Notes under the pieces: generated by a model | Told to the model about the DNA's origin: nothing | Database searches by the model: none | What the model saw: only the letters and a program-made list of their open reading frames with translations | Assembly: GCA_964494795.1 (NCBI GenBank) | Contig: CAZBSV010000005.1 | Coordinates: 12,842-76,841, forward strand | Origin: an uncultured Spirochaetales bacterium | GTDB lineage: Bacteria; Myxococcota_A; UBA9160; SMWR01 | DNA: 64,000 bases | Direction: 5' to 3' | Program-made: the position numbers and the translations under genes | Shown here: one piece after another, positions 60,900 through 64,000 of the stretch | How the letters are laid out: the number at the start of each line of letters is the position of its first letter | Numbering within the stretch: the first letter of the stretch is position 1

Positions 60900-61688
60900 A
60901 GAGTGCTGATCACCGGATGTTCGACGGGATTTGGCCGCGCGACCGCGATCGAGCTCGCGAGACGCGGTCACGAGGTGGTGGCGACCGCGCGCCGACCCGA
61001 AACCCTCGCGGGTGTCGATGTCGCCCAGACGCTCGCGCTCGACGTCGATTGCGACGAATCGGTGCGTGCGGCGGTCGCGCAGGCGGGCGCCGTCGATGCG
61101 CTGGTAAACAACGCAGGCTGGAGCACCCACGGGCCGATCGAGAAGGTTCCGCTCGCAGAAGTCCGCCGGATGTTCGAAACCAATTTCTTCGGCGCCGCGC
61201 GGATGATCCAAGCTCTCGCGCCGAAGATGCGCGCCCAGGGGGGCGGCGTGATCGTGAACGTGTCCTCGATGGCAGGGCGCGTCGCGGCGCCCCTGATGGG
61301 CTTCTACGCGGCCAGCAAGTTCGCCCTCGAGGGGTTGTCCGAAGCGCTGCACCTCGAGCTCGGACATTTCGGGATTCGCGTGGTCGTGATCGAGCCCGGT
61401 TTCGTGAAGTCGTCGTTTCGAGCCAACTCCACCCGATACGGCAGCGACGCGCCTCCCTACGACGAACTGCAGCGCGCGTGGGGCGGGTCGGATGAGGCGC
61501 TGATCGGCGGCGAGCGTCCCGGCCCCGAGATCGTCGGTGTCGCGATTGCCGACGCCGTCGAGGGCAAGCGGCAAGAGCTGCGCGTGCCGGTCGGCAAGGA
61601 CGCCGAACTCGTCCTCAAGGCGCGCGCCAGCATGGACGACGCGGCTTTCGAGCAGGCGATGCGGGGAATCCTGAAGCTTCAGTGGTAG
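60897..61688 (+). CDS. classical short-chain dehydrogenase/reductase
   Basis: MRVLITGCSTGFGRA, NNAG, and YAASKFALEG (YxxxK). Confidence 0.85.
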   Translation: MRVLITGCSTGFGRATAIELARRGHEVVATARRPETLAGVDVAQTLALDVDCDESVRAAVAQAGAVDALVNNAGWSTHGPIEKVPLAEVRRMFETNFFGAARMIQALAPKMRAQGGGVIVNVSSMAGRVAAPLMGFYAASKFALEGLSEALHLELGHFGIRVVVIEPGFVKSSFRANSTRYGSDAPPYDELQRAWGGSDEALIGGERPGPEIVGVAIADAVEGKRQELRVPVGKDAELVLKARASMDDAAFEQAMRGILKLQW

Positions 61689-61730
61689 CCCGCGCAGGGC
61701 CGGGGTCTAATGAGGGAGTCCGCCACTGGC

Positions 61731-61838
61731 GGGGGCCCAGTTGGCTGGGTCGCTCCGCATCGCAACGCGGTTGATTGCGCGCGAGGGGGGCCAGTTGGCC
61801 GGGTCGCTCCGCGTTGCAGGGCGGCTGAATGCGGGGGG
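61731..61838. repeat. imperfect 54-bp tandem duplication
   Basis: GGGGGCCCAGTTGGCTGGGTCGCTCCGCATCGCAACGCGG... / GGGGGGCCAGTTGGCCGGGTCGCTCCGCGTTGCAGGGCGG... Confidence 0.8.
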
Positions 61839-61930
61839 TGGGAGCAGTTGGGGCGGGGGGGAGAATTGAGTTCCAATTGGGGAGAGTGTCGGGTATCGTG
61901 TTGAATTGGCTACGTGTTTTGGAGATCCGG

Positions 61931-62503
61931 GTGCGGGTGGCCGGTTGCCTCGGGATTTTTGGGGCCGCGTTGTTGGCGGCGCTCTTGTTTGCCGCCGGAT
62001 TTGCGCGGGGCGACTCTCCGGTTCGCGATTCCAGGCGCGAGGTGACGCGCGACGCGTCGGGTCGGCCCACGGGTACGCGCTTGCTGCGAAGTTGGCGCGA
62101 GACCGTGAAGCTGGGCGGCCGCGACGAGCCGCGCAGCGTCGAGATCGTCTACGACTACGAGGCCGGCGTTGCGCGTCGGCGCATCTACGCGGTCGATGGT
62201 GCACTCATTGCCGATCAGCCGCTGGCCGACCAACCGCAGCCGTCTCCCGAAGAAATCGCCGACGCGGTTGCGGTGATCCGCGCGGATGCGGAACTCGGGA
62301 CGTTGGCGCGAAGGGTCAGCGCGAATTTCGACGGAGGCTTCGTGCTCCAGGAAGCCGCCGGCAAGGCTTGCGGGCCGGGCACTCGCTGTCTGCAGATCTT
62401 CATGCTGTCTGAATCGCGATTCGGTCTGCACCGGCGTTCGGCGGTCGACATACGCGGGGAACGCATCGCCCGCCGGAACTTCCACACGGCGGATGGCGAG
62501 TGA
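61931..62503 (+). CDS. secreted protein resembling copper amine oxidase N-terminal (N2/N3) domains (start uncertain)
   Basis: GTG at 61931 gives a signal-like MRVAGCLGIFGAALLAALLFAAGFA. QPSPEEIADAVAVIRAD resembles the P-L-s-x-E-E-I..A..i motif that opens the CAO N2 domain. Confidence 0.45.
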   Translation: MRVAGCLGIFGAALLAALLFAAGFARGDSPVRDSRREVTRDASGRPTGTRLLRSWRETVKLGGRDEPRSVEIVYDYEAGVARRRIYAVDGALIADQPLADQPQPSPEEIADAVAVIRADAELGTLARRVSANFDGGFVLQEAAGKACGPGTRCLQIFMLSESRFGLHRRSAVDIRGERIARRNFHTADGE

Positions 62504-62509
62504 TCTGAG

Positions 62510-64000
62510 ATGGCTGTCGTCCGCAGTTTCGCTCCGTTCGTCTTCGCCGTCGGCGTGCTTCTCTCGCCGATCGCCGCCAACGCTGGCCGTCCCAGTTGCA
62601 CGGGCGACGAGCACCTGCTCAGCTGGCCCAAAACCAATCCGCTCTGGGAGATGTGCTGGCTGCGTCCCGCGGAGAGCAGCGGTGGAAACGGCTCGGGACT
62701 CGAGCTGCGCGATGTTTATTTCCGCGGCCAACTCGTGCTCAAGCGCGCGCACGCGCCGATCCTGGCCGTCAAGTATCTGCCCGGCGGATGCGGCTGCTTC
62801 CGCGACTGGACCTTCGAAGAGGCGACCTTCATCGCCGACAACGAAATCTTTCCGGGCTACGCCGAGCCGAGATCGCCGCCGCTGACGGTCTGCGAAACCG
62901 GTGGCAGCGGAGGCGACGTCGGCAGCTTCCGAGGTGTCGCGGTCGAGAAGAAACCCAACGAGTTGATCCTGACCACACACATGCAGGCCGGCTGGTATCG
63001 CTACAAGATGACGTGGACGTTCCTTCCGAATGGAACGATCATTCCGTTCTTCGGTTACGCGTCCGTCCCCGCCTACTGCGTCACCTTGACCCATCATCAC
63101 CACAATTTCTGGCGTCTCGATTTCGACATCAACGGCGCGGATCACGACAATGTCGCCGAGACCAACGCGGGCGTGTCGCCGCTTGCAATACAGACCGAAA
63201 CCACGCGCAACTGGGTCGACGCGAACACCGCGTGGGAGATCCGCGACTCCAAAACGAAACTCGGCTACCGGCTGCTGCCGGGTGCGGGTGCGGAATCCGA
63301 AGATCTCGAAATGCCCGTCGACGAGTTTGCGGAAGCCGACGCGTGGATCCTCCACTACCAGCCGGGGAGTGAGGTCGAGGACCTGGACATCCCACCTGGA
63401 AACACGGAGTTCGCGTATTGCCGCAGCCGCATGGCCGCCTATGCGGACGGCGAGAGCGTCGAAGACACCGACGTGGTTTTCTGGTACCGCGCCGCCGCCA
63501 ATCACACGGGCGGAGAGATCGACCACTGCGAGCGCACCGGTCCGGTGATCGTGCCAATCGGGGACTGGGTGGATCCGGACTCGGACACGCTCGAAAACCC
63601 CGATGACAACTGCCCGTTCGAGCCGAATTCCGATCAACTCGACGCCGAAGGCGATGGAGTCGGGGACGCCTGCGACACTTGCCCGTCGACGCCGAACCCC
63701 GATCAGTTCGATCTCGATGGCGACGGACTCGGCGATCTCTGCGACGAAGATCGCGATGGCGACGGCGTGCTCGATGTTTCCGACAACTGCCCCGTCGACT
63801 CCAATCCCGACCAAGAGGACCTGGATTTCGACCTGCTCGGCGACGTTTGTGATTCGGATCGCGACGGAGACGGAACTCTCAACGCGGGCGACAACTGTCC
63901 GGATGCCTCCAATTCGAACCAGTCGGATTTCGATCTCGACGGGATCGGCGACGCCTGCGACCCGGACGACGACAACGACGGCCTGTTCGACAGCGTCGAA
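62510..64000 (+). CDS. copper-amine-oxidase-like catalytic domain fused to thrombospondin type-3 repeats; 3' end beyond the window
   Basis: Not in the track because it is open at the edge. My translation from the ATG at 62510 gives a signal peptide (MAVVRSFAPFVFAVGVLLSPIAANA). Then come QAGWYRYKMTWTFLPNGTI and LTHHHHNFWRLDFDING. From about 63560 there are at least five DxDxDGxGDxCD / DNCPxxxNxDQxD repeats. Confidence 0.7.
   Translation, partial: MAVVRSFAPFVFAVGVLLSPIAANAGRPSCTGDEHLLSWPKTNPLWEMCWLRPAESSGGNGSGLELRDVYFRGQLVLKRAHAPILAVKYLPGGCGCFRDWTFEEATFIADNEIFPGYAEPRSPPLTVCETGGSGGDVGSFRGVAVEKKPNELILTTHMQAGWYRYKMTWTFLPNGTIIPFFGYASVPAYCVTLTHHHHNFWRLDFDINGADHDNVAETNAGVSPLAIQTETTRNWVDANTAWEIRDSKTKLGYRLLPGAGAESEDLEMPVDEFAEADAWILHYQPGSEVEDLDIPPGNTEFAYCRSRMAAYADGESVEDTDVVFWYRAAANHTGGEIDHCERTGPVIVPIGDWVDPDSDTLENPDDNCPFEPNSDQLDAEGDGVGDACDTCPSTPNPDQFDLDGDGLGDLCDEDRDGDGVLDVSDNCPVDSNPDQEDLDFDLLGDVCDSDRDGDGTLNAGDNCPDASNSNQSDFDLDGIGDACDPDDDNDGLFDSVE

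Noticed and set aside
61910-63814. 634-aa minus-strand ORF
   Set aside because: It is antisense to the signal-peptide-bearing amine-oxidase-like genes (61931-62503 and 62510-64000). It has low-complexity, Arg-rich composition and no start context.

Overview
This is 64 kb of a high-GC bacterial chromosome. Lgt and an exosortase/PEP-CTERM system imply a diderm. Both strands are densely coding. I recognised no rRNA, tRNA, CRISPR, transposase, integrase or phage genes. About 60 protein genes can be supported. Three are invisible or mis-bounded in the ORF track: ftsK at the left edge, an amine-oxidase-like gene at the right edge, and several genes whose track ORFs carry spurious N-terminal extensions. 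Most genes are housekeeping: ftsK, ssb, radC, moaC, lgt, ETF-QO, nrdJ, pckG, tesB, cysE, nth, gcvP and aat. Two accessory modules stand out. (1) 26.0-38.3 kb is a ten-gene, translationally coupled, type II FAS-like operon. It encodes a FabI-type reductase, KAS III, FabA, a FabZ-like dehydratase, KAS I/II, its own atypical ACP, a PlsC-type acyltransferase, a PPTase, a ~1860-aa single-chain BC-BCCP-CT acyl-CoA carboxylase and a TetR regulator. It has no FabG or FabD. (2) 38.3-44.2 kb holds an exosortase-EpsI fusion gene preceded by an 18-bp x 11 tandem array. It is followed by two repeats of a two-gene cassette: a small secreted Cys-rich protein with a thrombospondin-type-3 (TSP3) repeat and dockerin-like repeats, then a PEP-CTERM protein. 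A third, frameshifted orphan copy of the small gene sits at 55.1-55.5 kb with the same ~185-bp leader. At the right edge is a split copper-amine-oxidase-like gene pair whose catalytic part is fused to a long TSP3-repeat tail. The non-coding DNA is unusually rich in short tandem duplications (16-54 bp periods). Several of them span stop or start codons. A 67-bp double-hairpin element occurs twice in inverted orientation. Many long ORFs in the supplied track are GC-driven shadow ORFs antisense to real genes and were not called. All functional calls rest on my reading of motifs and remembered family sequences, not on database searches.
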